Shown here: positions 1 through 10,121 of the stretch, piece by piece
How the letters are laid out: each line of letters starts with the position of its first letter
Numbering within the stretch: the first letter of the stretch is position 1
From: Acaryochloris thomasi RCC1774
GTDB lineage: Bacteria > Cyanobacteriota > Cyanobacteriia > Thermosynechococcales > Thermosynechococcaceae
Length of the DNA stretch: 32,000 nt
Assembly (NCBI RefSeq): GCF_003231495.1
Contig: NZ_PQWO01000008.1
Coordinates: 90,001-122,000, forward strand
Reading direction: 5' to 3'
Made by a program: the position numbers and the translations under genes
Notes under the pieces: generated by a model
Told to the model about the DNA's origin: nothing
The model's input: only the letters and a program-made list of their open reading frames with translations
Databases searched by the model: none

Positions 1-534
1 GGGGGCGAGCTGATCACTGCGGCCTTCTGCAGAAGATAGGCCAGATCCTGAGGGACCGGCTAAGGCGCTGAGAGTGATAATCGCTAGACCTGCGCCTCCG
101 GCTAGCTCAATGGTGCTCCGAAACAAAAGAATTAAATGGGAGGCTTGGGTCACGTCTACGACCGATAGGCCCGTTGTGGTCCAGCCGCTGGTGGACTCGA
201 AGATGGCCTGGGTAAAGGTGAGATCTTGGATCGTGATGAAGGGGATGGTGCCAATTGAGATCGCAACAATCCAAGACAAAACCACAATCACGGCCCCCTC
301 TGGCAAAGTCAAACTCACACTCTTTTTGGGAGCAAGTTCTTTCCACAGCAATAGACCGACTAGCGCCATACCCAGCCCCGGCAGAAGAAGCCCCCAAGCG
401 AGGGACAGCTCTTCAGGGTAAAAGATCAGGGCTAGCAGAGGGGCCAGAATCGTCAGACCAGAAATAAAACACACCAGTCCGGTGTAGCCAAAAATCGCTC
501 GGTAGCGCTGGCGCAGCAGTTGATGATATCGCAT
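1..534 (-). CDS. trkH: TrkH/KtrB-family K+ transporter membrane subunit, first 178 codons (3' end runs off the window)
   Basis: Absent from the supplied ORF track because it has no stop codon in the window. The minus strand from ATG at 534 is open to position 1: MRYHQLLRQRYRAIFGYTGLVCFISGLTILAPLLALIFYPEE...FTQAIFESTSGWTTTGLSVVD. It has hydrophobic helices and an ES-x-SG-x-TTTG filter-type motif typical of TrkH/KtrB. It starts 6 nt after the stop of the TrkA gene. Confidence 0.8.
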   Translation of the reverse strand, partial: MRYHQLLRQRYRAIFGYTGLVCFISGLTILAPLLALIFYPEELSLAWGLLLPGLGMALVGLLLWKELAPKKSVSLTLPEGAVIVVLSWIVAISIGTIPFITIQDLTFTQAIFESTSGWTTTGLSVVDVTQASHLILLFRSTIELAGGAGLAIITLSALAGPSGSGLSSAEGRSDQLAP

Positions 535-540
535 ATCTTT

Positions 541-1206
541 CTAGGTTCCCTCACCCGTTAGTACCCGCAAAAATGGCCCATAGTGTTCTGGGCGACTCAC
601 CAACACAAGGCGATCATTGACCTGCAGCCGAGTCCACCGTTCTGGCGAGACCAAGTATTGATTGCGAATAATGCAGGTGATTTGAGCCTGACTGGAAATT
701 TCTAGCTCTTTGATGGTTTTGCCAACGGCAGGACTGTCTTCATTAAGAGCAATTTCAACCACGCCGACCTCGCCCTCCGCGGCTGACATGACGGTTTTGA
801 TATCTTCTTGCTCAAGCTGCTGTTCAATCAGGCTGGCAATAATCTCGGTGGCGGAGAAGGCAATTGAGATGCCTAGTTCCTGAAAAATCGCCTGGTTATC
901 TGGATCATTCACCAGTGCCAGTGTGCGCGAGACATCGTACTGTTTCTGAGCGACCTGACAGGCAGCTAGATTATTCTGATCTTCCGCCGTCAACGCCAGC
1001 AGTGCATCAGCGCGGTAGGCTTCTGCATCCTTGAGAGTCGCTGGATTGCTGCCGTCGCCCACCATCACCGTTGCTTTGAACTGACGAGAGAGGGTTGTTG
1101 CTTCGGCAGAATCGTGCGTGATGATTGTTAGGTGATAGCCCTTGCTGGCAAACTGTCGGGCCAAAAAGTAAATGAGCTTACCGCTCCCCACCAAAATGAG
1201 TCTCAT
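541..1206 (-). CDS. trkA: TrkA-family K+ uptake regulatory protein (RCK: TrkA-N plus TrkA-C)
   Basis: 221 aa. N-terminal Rossmann glycine motif (LVGSGKLIYF). C-terminal RCK_C-like segment (GVVEIALNEDSPAVGKTIKELE...RLVLVSRPE). ATGA overlap with the upstream gene and a 6-nt gap to trkH. Confidence 0.85.
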   Translation of the reverse strand: MRLILVGSGKLIYFLARQFASKGYHLTIITHDSAEATTLSRQFKATVMVGDGSNPATLKDAEAYRADALLALTAEDQNNLAACQVAQKQYDVSRTLALVNDPDNQAIFQELGISIAFSATEIIASLIEQQLEQEDIKTVMSAAEGEVGVVEIALNEDSPAVGKTIKELEISSQAQITCIIRNQYLVSPERWTRLQVNDRLVLVSRPEHYGPFLRVLTGEGT

Positions 1207-1631
1207 GCGCCCACCTCCTGAGGCTGATTGAAGACCTGCAGGAATGCCTCTGCAGAGAGTTTCGTCGGGCTAATCGTTGCAATGCCCAGTTGTTCGTACA
1301 TTTCCTCTTTACCGGGGTCAAAGACGCGAGCTAGCACCTTAGGAACATCAAATACGGTTTTTGCCACCTGAGCCACCATTAGGTTGATGTTGTCTTGATC
1401 GGTGACGGCAAACAGACAGTCGGCCTGGTTGGTTTTGGCCTGCTCTAACACCGCTAACTCGACAGCATCTCCGATCACTTGGAAGCCACTGAATTCACTG
1501 GAAAGACCGCTGAAATTTTTCTCGTTACAGTCAATTGCGACAACGCTATGACCTTGACCACTTAAGCGACTGGCAAGGATTGAGCCTAAGCGGCCACACC
1601 CAACCACGACAATATACAAAGACTGTGCCAT
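1203..1631 (-). CDS. TrkA-N (RCK N-lobe only) NAD-binding protein
   Basis: 142 aa. GxGxxG motif (VVVGCGRLGSILA) and TrkA-N-like body (DCLFAVTDQDNINLMVAQVAK). There is no RCK_C segment. The 4-nt ATGA overlap with the next TrkA gene implies translational coupling. Confidence 0.8.
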   Translation of the reverse strand: MAQSLYIVVVGCGRLGSILASRLSGQGHSVVAIDCNEKNFSGLSSEFSGFQVIGDAVELAVLEQAKTNQADCLFAVTDQDNINLMVAQVAKTVFDVPKVLARVFDPGKEEMYEQLGIATISPTKLSAEAFLQVFNQPQEVGA

Positions 1632-1761
1632 ATTGATCCTTTCGTTGCGTAAAAGAAATTTTTAGACACTTGATATGACAGATGATGATCGTCTGAAGGG
1701 GCGAATGATCAAATGTCCTATGAAGAGAAAAGTGATGTGAGCGCTATATGCTAGCGAAGCT

Positions 1762-2421
1762 CTATAGCGTTGGCCTGTTGCTCGGATCTTCTGTTGCGCG
1801 GTCTAAATTTTGCTTCGCTGATTCAAAAGTCGGATCTAAATCAATCGCGACCCGATAATTCTTGAGTGCTTCTAGACGATCACCCAACGTTTCCTGCAGC
1901 ATTCCCAGCAAGTCAAAGGCTTCAGGACGAGACGGGTCAGAGCCGATGGCCTTTTTGGTTTGTGCGATCGCAACCTCAAACTGTCGCTCACTGGCCTGAT
2001 ATTTCGCCAGCTCTACCATCGCACCATAGTCTTGCTCCTCTTGGTCACCGAGCGCTTGCCGCTCTAGCACCCGCTGCACAATATCTCGAATCTCTTGAGG
2101 GGTAAAGGGCTTTTGGATGAAGTCTACGGCTCCCAACTTCATGGCCCCCACAGCGTTGTCCACCGTAGCGTGGGCTGAAATCATGATCACCTTAATTTCT
2201 GGGTACAGCTCCACGGCCTGCTCAATCAGCGCCATGCCGTCAATTCCGGGCATCTTGAGATCGGTCAAAATCAGATCAAAGCTCTGCTCCTTGAGTCGAG
2301 CGAGGGCATCATCTCCGTTGACCGCTGTTTTTACTGCATAGCCCTGAGGTTCCAGGGACTGGGCAACCGTTAGCCGGATGCTCTTCTCATCATCGACGAC
2401 TAAGATATTTGAACTAGACAT
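1762..2421 (-). CDS. Response regulator, receiver domain fused to a TPR-like C-terminal region (no DNA-binding domain)
   Basis: 219 aa. REC motifs are ILVVDDE, the phospho-acceptor context DLILTDLKMPGIDG, and KPF. The C-terminus (ALKNYRVAIDLDPTFESAKQNLDRA) looks like TPR. It overlaps the kinase stop by 8 nt. Confidence 0.85.
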   Translation of the reverse strand: MSSSNILVVDDEKSIRLTVAQSLEPQGYAVKTAVNGDDALARLKEQSFDLILTDLKMPGIDGMALIEQAVELYPEIKVIMISAHATVDNAVGAMKLGAVDFIQKPFTPQEIRDIVQRVLERQALGDQEEQDYGAMVELAKYQASERQFEVAIAQTKKAIGSDPSRPEAFDLLGMLQETLGDRLEALKNYRVAIDLDPTFESAKQNLDRATEDPSNRPTL

Positions 2422-4279
2422 GCATTGAATCTCCTTCCGTAACTGGTGAACGATCCACTATTGGTAATGTAAAGGTAAACGTACTGCCTTGGCCCGGTAT
2501 TGAGTCCACCCAGATGGTTCCGCCGTGAGCTTTGATCATCTCTTTGCAGATCGCTAGTCCTAAACCGCTGCCGCCGACATCTTTTTCAGTCTCGACCTGC
2601 ACAAACTTATCAAAAATTCGGGCTTGATACTCTACCGGAATGCCATCACCATCATCGGCGACAGAAACATAAATTACGTCTTGGCGAGGTTGGGCCGCTA
2701 CCCGAATCTGCCCGCCCGCTTCCGTGTAGCGAAGGGCATTAGCAACCAAGTTAGTTAGCACCCAAGTAATTTTGTTGGCATCTGCTTTAACCTTAGGCAG
2801 TTCTTCCGGAATTTGCTCAATGAGCTCCACTGATTTCTCTTCTACCTGCATCTGAAAAGGAGATAGAGCCTTCTTGATCAAAAGCCCCACATCAACCGGG
2901 ACTAGCTCCATCTCAATACGACCTGACTCGATTTTGGATAGATCCAGGAGGTCATTGACGAGTGCCCGCAGCCGCTGGATATCTTCTTGAGCCGTCTGTA
3001 GAAGCTCCTGCTCCGTATCAGAAAGCTTCTGCTTGGCAGTTTCTAGCAGCAGGTTAATACTCATGGTCATGCCGGTCAGCGGCGTTCGTAATTCGTGGGA
3101 AGCTGTAGCCACAAAGTCACTCTTGAGCTGATCGAGTTCTTTGAACTTCGTGACATCCTGGAGCAGCAACACCACCCCCAGCATTTTGTCCCTATCGGTG
3201 GTGACAGGGGTGATGGCAAATTTGTAGTACTGGATGTTGTGGTCGCGCTCCATCTCCAAAATGGATTGCTCCTCGTCCAGTTCAGGAGGTTGGCCAGATT
3301 GGGCTGTTGCCTTCACATGCTCAAACAGCGACTCACTGTGAACCACCTCTAGAAAGGAGACATCCTGAGCTTGCTTAGGAGTCGTTTGTAAGATTGCAGC
3401 AGCCGTTGGGTTAATCGCAATGATTTTGAACTGATCATCCACCACCACCAGACCATCGACAATGCTAGAGATAATTGCCTCACTGCGCTGCTTCTCTGCA
3501 ATCACCTTGCCCACGTTAAGCTGACGAAAGGCTTTCAGTTTGCGACTCATCGTCGTAATCTCGTGGGCAAGCTGACCCAGCTCATCCTTTGTATTCACTT
3601 CGAGAGTGACATCATAGTCACCCTCTGCAATCTGTTCTGTGGCCAGCGTCATTTCGCGCAGGGGCCGTCCAAGTCGATCTGAGAGAATCAGGCTGAAAGC
3701 TAAGCCTAAACCTGCTGCTGCTGCTCCCGTCACAATCATTGACCAGGTCGCCTGCTGGGAAACCAGCTGCGCTTCCTCAGAAGCCGACAGCATTGTTTTT
3801 TGATTCAAATCTCGCAGCTCACTACACCCCTCACGGACCTCTTGAAACTGAGGCAGCAAAGTTTTGTAGTAGTAGTCAGAGTCAGTCTGTTTTGCTGAAC
3901 GCAGGTCTGGCATTTGAGAAAACGCAATCAGATAGTCCCGGTAGTCATTCTCTAAAGCCTCTAATTGCTGGGCTTCGCCCATGATTGTAATGTTGTCCTT
4001 GGCGCGCCCCAGCCACTGTAAAAAATCAATTTCATGTTCACGGAACTGTCTCGTTCCCTGAGACTGATTCTCTAGCAACACCAAAAGAGTGGCGCTATCC
4101 TGACGCTCGATAGCGTCGATCATATTCTCTGCGGCAAGGATACTGCGATAGTTCTCTCGTAAGATTGCGTCGCTGGCCTTCCCCAGCCGTCGCAGATTCA
4201 CCACTCCCCAGCCGCAAACGAGAATGACTAGTGCTAGAGACACGCTGTACCCCAGTAATATCTTCGCTTTTAGATTCAC
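2414..4279 (-). CDS. Sensor histidine kinase (N-terminal helical sensor, TM, HAMP, PAS, HisKA, HATPase_c)
   Basis: 621 aa. TM helix near the N-terminus and a second before a HAMP-like segment (RPLREMTLATEQIAEGDY). H-box is FVATASHELRTPLT. N/G boxes are LTNLVANALRYT, DDGDGIP and GSGLGLAICKEMIKAHGG. Confidence 0.9.
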   Translation of the reverse strand: MNLKAKILLGYSVSLALVILVCGWGVVNLRRLGKASDAILRENYRSILAAENMIDAIERQDSATLLVLLENQSQGTRQFREHEIDFLQWLGRAKDNITIMGEAQQLEALENDYRDYLIAFSQMPDLRSAKQTDSDYYYKTLLPQFQEVREGCSELRDLNQKTMLSASEEAQLVSQQATWSMIVTGAAAAGLGLAFSLILSDRLGRPLREMTLATEQIAEGDYDVTLEVNTKDELGQLAHEITTMSRKLKAFRQLNVGKVIAEKQRSEAIISSIVDGLVVVDDQFKIIAINPTAAAILQTTPKQAQDVSFLEVVHSESLFEHVKATAQSGQPPELDEEQSILEMERDHNIQYYKFAITPVTTDRDKMLGVVLLLQDVTKFKELDQLKSDFVATASHELRTPLTGMTMSINLLLETAKQKLSDTEQELLQTAQEDIQRLRALVNDLLDLSKIESGRIEMELVPVDVGLLIKKALSPFQMQVEEKSVELIEQIPEELPKVKADANKITWVLTNLVANALRYTEAGGQIRVAAQPRQDVIYVSVADDGDGIPVEYQARIFDKFVQVETEKDVGGSGLGLAICKEMIKAHGGTIWVDSIPGQGSTFTFTLPIVDRSPVTEGDSMHV

Positions 4280-4528
4280 TGTTAAGCTGCTTTTAGACTA
4301 GAGGTCAAAGTCCTGTTGTATTGTCACGCTAGATTATTAGTTGTAGCTTAAGCTGCTCTGAAAGAGGTAGATAGCGATCCATCAAGAGGGCGGTAGTATC
4401 TAGACCACTTCACATGACTTCAGCGTCTGCGGAAAATAGTCGAGCTAAGTTTCTTGAAGCTCCGCCAAGATCTCGTTGATAATGACTGAATATCTCCATT
4501 GTCCAACCTAGCGACCTTATTAATTACT

Positions 4529-7441
4529 GTGACAGAAGCAGGCCAGTACAAGAAAACCGTCAATCTGCCCCGCACGACCTTTGACATGCGGGCCAATGCC
4601 GTCAAGCGTGAACCCGAGCTACAGGCATTTTGGCAGGAACAGCAGATTTACGAAGACCTCTCCCAAAACAATCCGGGGGAACTGTTTGTACTGCACGACG
4701 GGCCGCCCTACGCCAACGGAGATCTGCACATTGGTCATGCCCTTAACAAGATTCTCAAGGATACGATTAACAAGTATCAACTCCTGCAAGGCCGCAAGGT
4801 CCGCTATGTACCGGGTTGGGACTGTCATGGTTTACCTATTGAGCTGAAGGTGCTGCAAAACATCAATCCTGAGCATCGCGCGAATTTAACGCCACTGAAG
4901 CTGCGCTGGAAAGCACGCGATTTTGCGGTCAAAACAGTCGAGAAACAGAGCAAGAGTTTCCAGCGGTACGGCGTATGGGCTGACTGGGAGCATCCCTATT
5001 TGACACTCAAGCCTGAATACGAGGCGGCTCAAATTGGTGTCTTTGGACAAATGGCCCTCAAGGGCTATATCTACCGGGGATTCAAGCCGGTTTACTGGAG
5101 TCCCAGTTCCCAAACAGCGCTGGCTGAGGCAGAGCTGGAATATCCCGAAGGACATACCTCTCGCAGTATCTATGTAGCGTTTGAGGTCACAAAGCTCTCA
5201 CCTGAAGCAGAAAACGATCTAGCGGACTATCTCCCTGGACTAAAGGTGGCGATCTGGACAACCACACCTTGGACAATCCCCGGCAACTTAGCGGTGAGTC
5301 TCAATCCGGATCTCAGCTATGCGGTGGTCAAGACGGCTACTGGAGAACATCTGATTGTGGCGGAAGATTTGGTTGAGGCTTTGGCAACAACCCTCGCAGG
5401 AGATCTCACGGTTCAAACCACAATCTCTGGCAAGGCGCTAGAGCATTCGACCTATCGCCATCCTCTGTTTGACCGAGAAGGTCCTCTAGTGATGGGCGAC
5501 TATGTGACCACTGAGTCTGGGACGGGACTGGTGCATACGGCTCCAGGACATGGTCAAGAGGATTATCAAGTAGGCCAGCAGTATGGTTTGGCGATGCTGT
5601 CTCCGGTGGACGGCAATGGTCAGTTCACAAAGGAAGCGGGACCATTTGAGGGACTCAATGTTCTCAACGGTGGAAATGAGGCCGTGATTGAGGCGCTCAA
5701 GTCTGCTGGCACGCTGCTAAAGGAAGAGGATTATGTTCATAAATATCCCTACGATTGGCGGACGAAGAAGCCGGTCATCTTGCGGGCGACGGAGCAGTGG
5801 TTTGCGTCTGTTGATGGCTTTCGAAAGGATGTGTTGGATGCGATCGCAACCGTCCACTGGATCCCCGCCCAAGGTGAAAATAGAATCACGTCAATGGTCT
5901 CCGAGCGGTCTGACTGGTGTATCTCTCGACAGCGTAACTGGGGCGTCCCCATCCCGGTGTTCTACGACGAAGCCGATGGCGAACCGCTCCTGAACGAAGA
6001 GACGATCAACCATGCCCAGAAGATTATCGCCGAAAAGGGATCGGATGCCTGGTGGGAGCTTTCCACAGAGGAACTATTGCCGGAGCCCTACCGCAGCAAC
6101 GGCCATAGCTATCGCAAAGGCACCGACACAATGGATGTCTGGTTTGATTCCGGCTCTTCTTGGTCCGCCGTTCTCGATCAGCGTGAGGCGCTAAAATATC
6201 CAGCCGAGATCTATCTTGAAGGCTCTGACCAGCATCGTGGCTGGTTTCAGTCGAGCCTTTTGACCAGCGTCGCGGCCCACGGTCAGGCTCCCTATAAAAC
6301 CGTTCTCACCCACGGATTCGTCCTCGATGAACAGGGACGCAAGATGAGCAAATCCATCGGCAACGTTGTTGATCCAACACTGGTGATCAATGGGGGTAGA
6401 AATCAAAAGCAAGATCCACCCTACGGCGCTGATGTACTACGCCTTTGGGTCTCATCCGTAGACTACGCCTCTGATGTGCCGCTGGGGAAAAACATCCTCA
6501 AGCAAATGTCGGATGTCTATCGCAAGATCCGCAATACAGCGCGATTCTTAATCGGTAATCTCCATGATTTTGATCCGGCTCAGAATGCAGTGGACTATGC
6601 CGATCTGTCTCAGCTCGATCGCTATATGCTCCATCGGATGACTGAGGTGTTCGCTGAAGTTACCGATGCCTTCGAGACCTATCAGTTTTTCCGCTTTTTC
6701 CAGGCTGTGCAGAATTTCTGTGTGGTAGACCTGTCTAACTTCTACCTCGATATCGCTAAAGATCGGCTCTATATCAGCGCCCCTGATGATGTTCGCAGGC
6801 GAAGCTGCCAAACGGTACTTGCGATCGCACTTGAGAACCTAGCCCGCGCCATCGCTCCGGTCCTATCCCACATGGCAGAAGACATCTGGCAAGCGCTGCC
6901 CTACGCAAAATCTCACGCCTCAATTTTCGCTGCAGGATGGGTGCAGCTAGAAGACAACTGGCAAAATGCCAGCCTTGCTGCCACCTGGAGTCAGATTCGG
7001 CAGGTGCGTCAAGACGTTAATAAAGTTCTAGAAGAGGCCCGTTCTGCCAAAACCATTGGTTCCTCGCTAGAGGCCAAGGTGCAACTTCATGTTGCAGATA
7101 ACAATCTACGGCAAACGTTAGCAGACCTCAATCCAGCCTCGGATCAAAAAACGAACGGAATTGATGAATTGCGGTACCTATTCCTAGCTTCACAGGTAGA
7201 ACTGCTGGATTCCAATGATTTTGCCAAGACAGCACAGTATTCCTCAAAGTCTGATACCTTGACCGTAGGTGTCACCCCGGCCCAGGGACATAAGTGCGAT
7301 CGCTGCTGGAACTATTCCGAGCACGTCGGCGCTTCAAGCCAACATCCTCTTCTATGCGAGCGCTGTGTGGACGTCATTGAATCACTGATTTCCCACGAGC
7401 AAATTGCCCAAAATGAGGAGGGAAGCTGGCACCCTCTTTAA
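4529..7441 (+). CDS. ileS: Isoleucine--tRNA ligase
   Basis: HIGH motif (PPYANGDLHIGHALNK), KMSKS motif (GRKMSKSIGN), and a C-terminal zinc-binding CDRCW...CERC. The track ORF begins at TTG 4499. The in-frame GTG at 4529 gives (M)TEAGQYKKTVNLPRTTFDMRANA, which is how cyanobacterial IleRS proteins normally begin. Confidence 0.96.
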   Translation: MTEAGQYKKTVNLPRTTFDMRANAVKREPELQAFWQEQQIYEDLSQNNPGELFVLHDGPPYANGDLHIGHALNKILKDTINKYQLLQGRKVRYVPGWDCHGLPIELKVLQNINPEHRANLTPLKLRWKARDFAVKTVEKQSKSFQRYGVWADWEHPYLTLKPEYEAAQIGVFGQMALKGYIYRGFKPVYWSPSSQTALAEAELEYPEGHTSRSIYVAFEVTKLSPEAENDLADYLPGLKVAIWTTTPWTIPGNLAVSLNPDLSYAVVKTATGEHLIVAEDLVEALATTLAGDLTVQTTISGKALEHSTYRHPLFDREGPLVMGDYVTTESGTGLVHTAPGHGQEDYQVGQQYGLAMLSPVDGNGQFTKEAGPFEGLNVLNGGNEAVIEALKSAGTLLKEEDYVHKYPYDWRTKKPVILRATEQWFASVDGFRKDVLDAIATVHWIPAQGENRITSMVSERSDWCISRQRNWGVPIPVFYDEADGEPLLNEETINHAQKIIAEKGSDAWWELSTEELLPEPYRSNGHSYRKGTDTMDVWFDSGSSWSAVLDQREALKYPAEIYLEGSDQHRGWFQSSLLTSVAAHGQAPYKTVLTHGFVLDEQGRKMSKSIGNVVDPTLVINGGRNQKQDPPYGADVLRLWVSSVDYASDVPLGKNILKQMSDVYRKIRNTARFLIGNLHDFDPAQNAVDYADLSQLDRYMLHRMTEVFAEVTDAFETYQFFRFFQAVQNFCVVDLSNFYLDIAKDRLYISAPDDVRRRSCQTVLAIALENLARAIAPVLSHMAEDIWQALPYAKSHASIFAAGWVQLEDNWQNASLAATWSQIRQVRQDVNKVLEEARSAKTIGSSLEAKVQLHVADNNLRQTLADLNPASDQKTNGIDELRYLFLASQVELLDSNDFAKTAQYSSKSDTLTVGVTPAQGHKCDRCWNYSEHVGASSQHPLLCERCVDVIESLISHEQIAQNEEGSWHPL

Positions 7442-7483
7442 TGCTAAGGACCAGCCTTAAGGACTGCTGCAATCGGAGACGCA

Positions 7484-8371
7484 ATGTTTGAGCTTGATGC
7501 CAGTATCCCAGCAGCCAAACAATGCCCGATCTGCGGTCAGACAGGCGATCGCAAGTTCCGAAAAAATCACATCTGGATTCGGGATTGTGCCAACTGCAGT
7601 CATCGCTTTGCCGAACTAGAGCTTGGCATTGACGAAGTGGGCCAAATTTATGATGGCCAGTACTTTCAAGGAGACGGCCTTGGGTATCTTGACTATCTTG
7701 CTGAAGCCAGCCTGCTCAGGAAGAAAGGGCAATGTTACGGAAAGCTACTAGAAGGCTACTGTTGGCCTGGAACAGCGCTTGATGTAGGAGCCGCTGCTGG
7801 TTTTATCCTCCACGGGCTGATGAACTACGATTGGCAAAGCCGCGGGATTGAGCCCAACGCGCGCATCGGAAGATTAGGCCGCGAAAAGCTGCGGCTCAAC
7901 ATTACCCCAGATACCCTTGAAACGTTTCCTAAAAGTGAGTGTTACGACCTAGTTATGATGATTCAGGTCCTTTCTCATTTTTACGATCTTGAGGCTGCCC
8001 TAGAAGTTGCCGACCGCGTTACCCGACCGGGTGGCCTATGGCTGATCGAAACCTGGAATCGTAGTAGCTGGACGGCTCGTCTTTGTGGCAAGCGGTGGCG
8101 GGCCTATCAACCGCCCACCACACAAAACTGGTTTTCACCATGCTCTCTGCGAGAAATTGCCGAAGCTTACGACTTTGAAGAAGTGGGTCAAGGCAACGCA
8201 ACCCGATGGGTGAGCGCCCCATACCTACGGTCCTTGCTCCGCTACCACGGCGGGTTTTGGTCGTATCCTCTTGAAAAGCTTTTGGCCATTATTCCCAACT
8301 CATGGACGATGTCTTGGCCCGTAACAGACCGCTTCTGGGCGATCTATCAGAAGGCCGAAAACCTAGATTAG
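7484..8371 (+). CDS. Class I SAM-dependent methyltransferase with N-terminal CxxC...CxxC zinc-ribbon
   Basis: 295 aa. CPICG...CANCSH is followed by methyltransferase motif I (ALDVGAAAGFILHGL) and a post-I/II pattern (YDLVMMIQVLSHF, RPGGLWLIE). Confidence 0.8.
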   Translation: MFELDASIPAAKQCPICGQTGDRKFRKNHIWIRDCANCSHRFAELELGIDEVGQIYDGQYFQGDGLGYLDYLAEASLLRKKGQCYGKLLEGYCWPGTALDVGAAAGFILHGLMNYDWQSRGIEPNARIGRLGREKLRLNITPDTLETFPKSECYDLVMMIQVLSHFYDLEAALEVADRVTRPGGLWLIETWNRSSWTARLCGKRWRAYQPPTTQNWFSPCSLREIAEAYDFEEVGQGNATRWVSAPYLRSLLRYHGGFWSYPLEKLLAIIPNSWTMSWPVTDRFWAIYQKAENLD

Positions 8372-8411
8372 GTGACGGTGAACCTATCAGTGCTAGAGAC
8401 AGAGCATTCAT

Positions 8412-8440
8412 GCGTGCCTCTAATCATCGCAGAGACACGC
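8412..8440. terminator. Hairpin between convergent methyltransferase and ndhD genes (possible bidirectional terminator, no U-tract)
   Basis: GCGTGCCTCT-aatcatcgc-AGAGACACGC gives 9 of 10 stem pairs and a 9-nt loop. It lies 8 nt beyond the ndhD stop and 41 nt beyond the methyltransferase stop. Confidence 0.3.
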
Positions 8441-8447
8441 ACAGCAA

Positions 8448-10049
8448 TTAAAGCCGGGGTGCCTGACTAACGCCTTGACTTAAGAGAACTGCCTGCTGTT
8501 CTGTTGTGGGCGTAGCCGCTTGAACGATCGAAGGTACAGAGGTACGAATCCGAGCAATGAGCTGCGATGTTTTAGCATCGTAAACCTGCGTCATAATTTT
8601 GGGATAGAGACCAATCCCAATGATGGGGATCAATAAACAGGCAATGATAAATACCTCACGCGGTTCTGCATCAATGAGAGCCTCGTGGGAAGTCAGCTCT
8701 TTGTTCTCATCACCGTAGAAGATTTCCCGCAGCATTGATAGCAAGTAGATAGGCGTTAGGATCACACCAATTGCCGCTAAACAGACCACAATCAAACGAA
8801 AGCTGAAGCTGTAGGCATCACTAGTTGCAAAGCCGACAAACACCATCAGCTCAGCGACAAAGCCACTCATACCCGGTAGCGCCAAGGATGCCATACTACA
8901 GGTCGTGAACATGGCAAAGATCTTAGGCATCTGCTGACCGACCCCCCCCATTTCTTCGAGAACCAAGGTATGAGTGCGGTCGTAGGTTGCGCCGACCAAG
9001 AAAAACAGGCTTGCCCCAATTAAACCGTGGGAGACCATCTGCAAGACAGCACCACTCATGCCCAAGTCAGTGAAGCAGGCAATCCCAATCAGGACGAAGC
9101 CCATGTGGGAAATTGAAGAATAGGCAATCTTCCGTTTGAGGTTGCGCTGAGCGAAGGAGGTGAGGGCCGCATAGATAATGTTGACCACTCCCAAAATAAT
9201 CAGCGCAGGCGCAAACTTAGCATGGGCGTCCGGCAGCATCTCCACATTCATGCGAATCATGGCGTAGCCACCCATTTTTAGCAGAATACCTGCCAGCAGC
9301 ATGTGAACCGGAGCAGTGGCTTCACCGTGGGCATCCGGCAGCCAGGTGTGGAGCGGTACGATGGGTAGCTTAACTGCATAGGCAATCAAGAAGGCAGAGT
9401 AGACCAACAGCTGGAAGGTGAGTGGGTAGTCCTTTGCCATTAGCGATCTCATGTCAAAGGTGACTACATCACCAAAGAAAGCCATTGCCAGCGCTGCAAC
9501 CAAGATGAACAGAGAACTTCCAGCGGTGTATAAAATAAATTTTGTTGCTGCATACTGACGCTTATAGCCACCCCAAATCGACAGCAGCAGATAAACCGGC
9601 AGCAGCTCCAGTTCCCAAGCCAAGAAGAAAACCAGCAGATCTTGGACCGCAAACACTGCAATCTGACCGCCGTACATCGCCAAAATCAAAAAATAAAATA
9701 GCCGAGGCTTAAAGGTAACCGGCCAAGAAGCCAAAATCGCCAGCGTACTGATAAAACCCGTCAGCAGAATTAGCGACATGGAGAGGCCATCCGCCCCCAC
9801 CGACCACTGGAGACCAATTTGAGGGATCCAGTCGTAACGCTCCACCATCTGCATTTCAGAGCTGGAGATGTCGTACTGCGTGTAAAACGCATAGACCAGC
9901 ATCACAAAGTTGATCAGCCCAATGGTGAGGGCATACCAGCGAATTGGTCGCCCTTTGCCGTCGGGGTCAGGAATCAGCGGAATCGCAGCAGAGGCCACTA
10001 TCGGAAAAAAGATAATTGCGGTTAGCCAGGGAAAGGTGGCTAAAGTCAT
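8448..10049 (-). CDS. ndhD: NAD(P)H-quinone oxidoreductase (NDH-1) subunit 4, NdhD1/D2 type
   Basis: 533 aa polytopic protein. The N-terminus [23 protein letters not shown]...[12 protein letters not shown] and [30 protein letters not shown] closely resemble cyanobacterial NdhD1. It lies 72 nt downstream of ndhF. Confidence 0.95.
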   Translation of the reverse strand: MTLATFPWLTAIIFFPIVASAAIPLIPDPDGKGRPIRWYALTIGLINFVMLVYAFYTQYDISSSEMQMVERYDWIPQIGLQWSVGADGLSMSLILLTGFISTLAILASWPVTFKPRLFYFLILAMYGGQIAVFAVQDLLVFFLAWELELLPVYLLLSIWGGYKRQYAATKFILYTAGSSLFILVAALAMAFFGDVVTFDMRSLMAKDYPLTFQLLVYSAFLIAYAVKLPIVPLHTWLPDAHGEATAPVHMLLAGILLKMGGYAMIRMNVEMLPDAHAKFAPALIILGVVNIIYAALTSFAQRNLKRKIAYSSISHMGFVLIGIACFTDLGMSGAVLQMVSHGLIGASLFFLVGATYDRTHTLVLEEMGGVGQQMPKIFAMFTTCSMASLALPGMSGFVAELMVFVGFATSDAYSFSFRLIVVCLAAIGVILTPIYLLSMLREIFYGDENKELTSHEALIDAEPREVFIIACLLIPIIGIGLYPKIMTQVYDAKTSQLIARIRTSVPSIVQAATPTTEQQAVLLSQGVSQAPRL

Positions 10050-10121
10050 AAACCGTATAACCTCTGAACTTGCAAGAATTTACCTTACAGAAATTGACAA
10101 TGTGAGCTTAACAATGCCGCC

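Noticed and set aside
74-467. Track ORFs 74..421(+), 107..397(-) and 255..467(+).
   Set aside because: A third reading on the minus strand, from ATG 534 and open to position 1, gives a convincing TrkH/KtrB N-terminus. The listed ORFs have low-complexity Arg/Ser/Pro-rich products typical of off-frame translation.
4280-4528. Possible T-box or riboswitch leader upstream of ileS, and the TTAAGCTGCT direct repeat (near 4282 and 4348, the latter within the palindrome AGCTTAAGCT).
   Set aside because: I see no specifier or T-box-like conserved sequence or terminator/antiterminator pair. The region is a divergent promoter spacer, and the short repeat is unsupported by anything else.
8942-8949. C8 homopolymer (G8 on the coding strand) inside ndhD as a possible phase-variation tract.
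   Set aside because: It encodes an in-frame Met-Gly-Gly-Val segment of an essential, intact gene. Nothing indicates slippage-based switching in this context.
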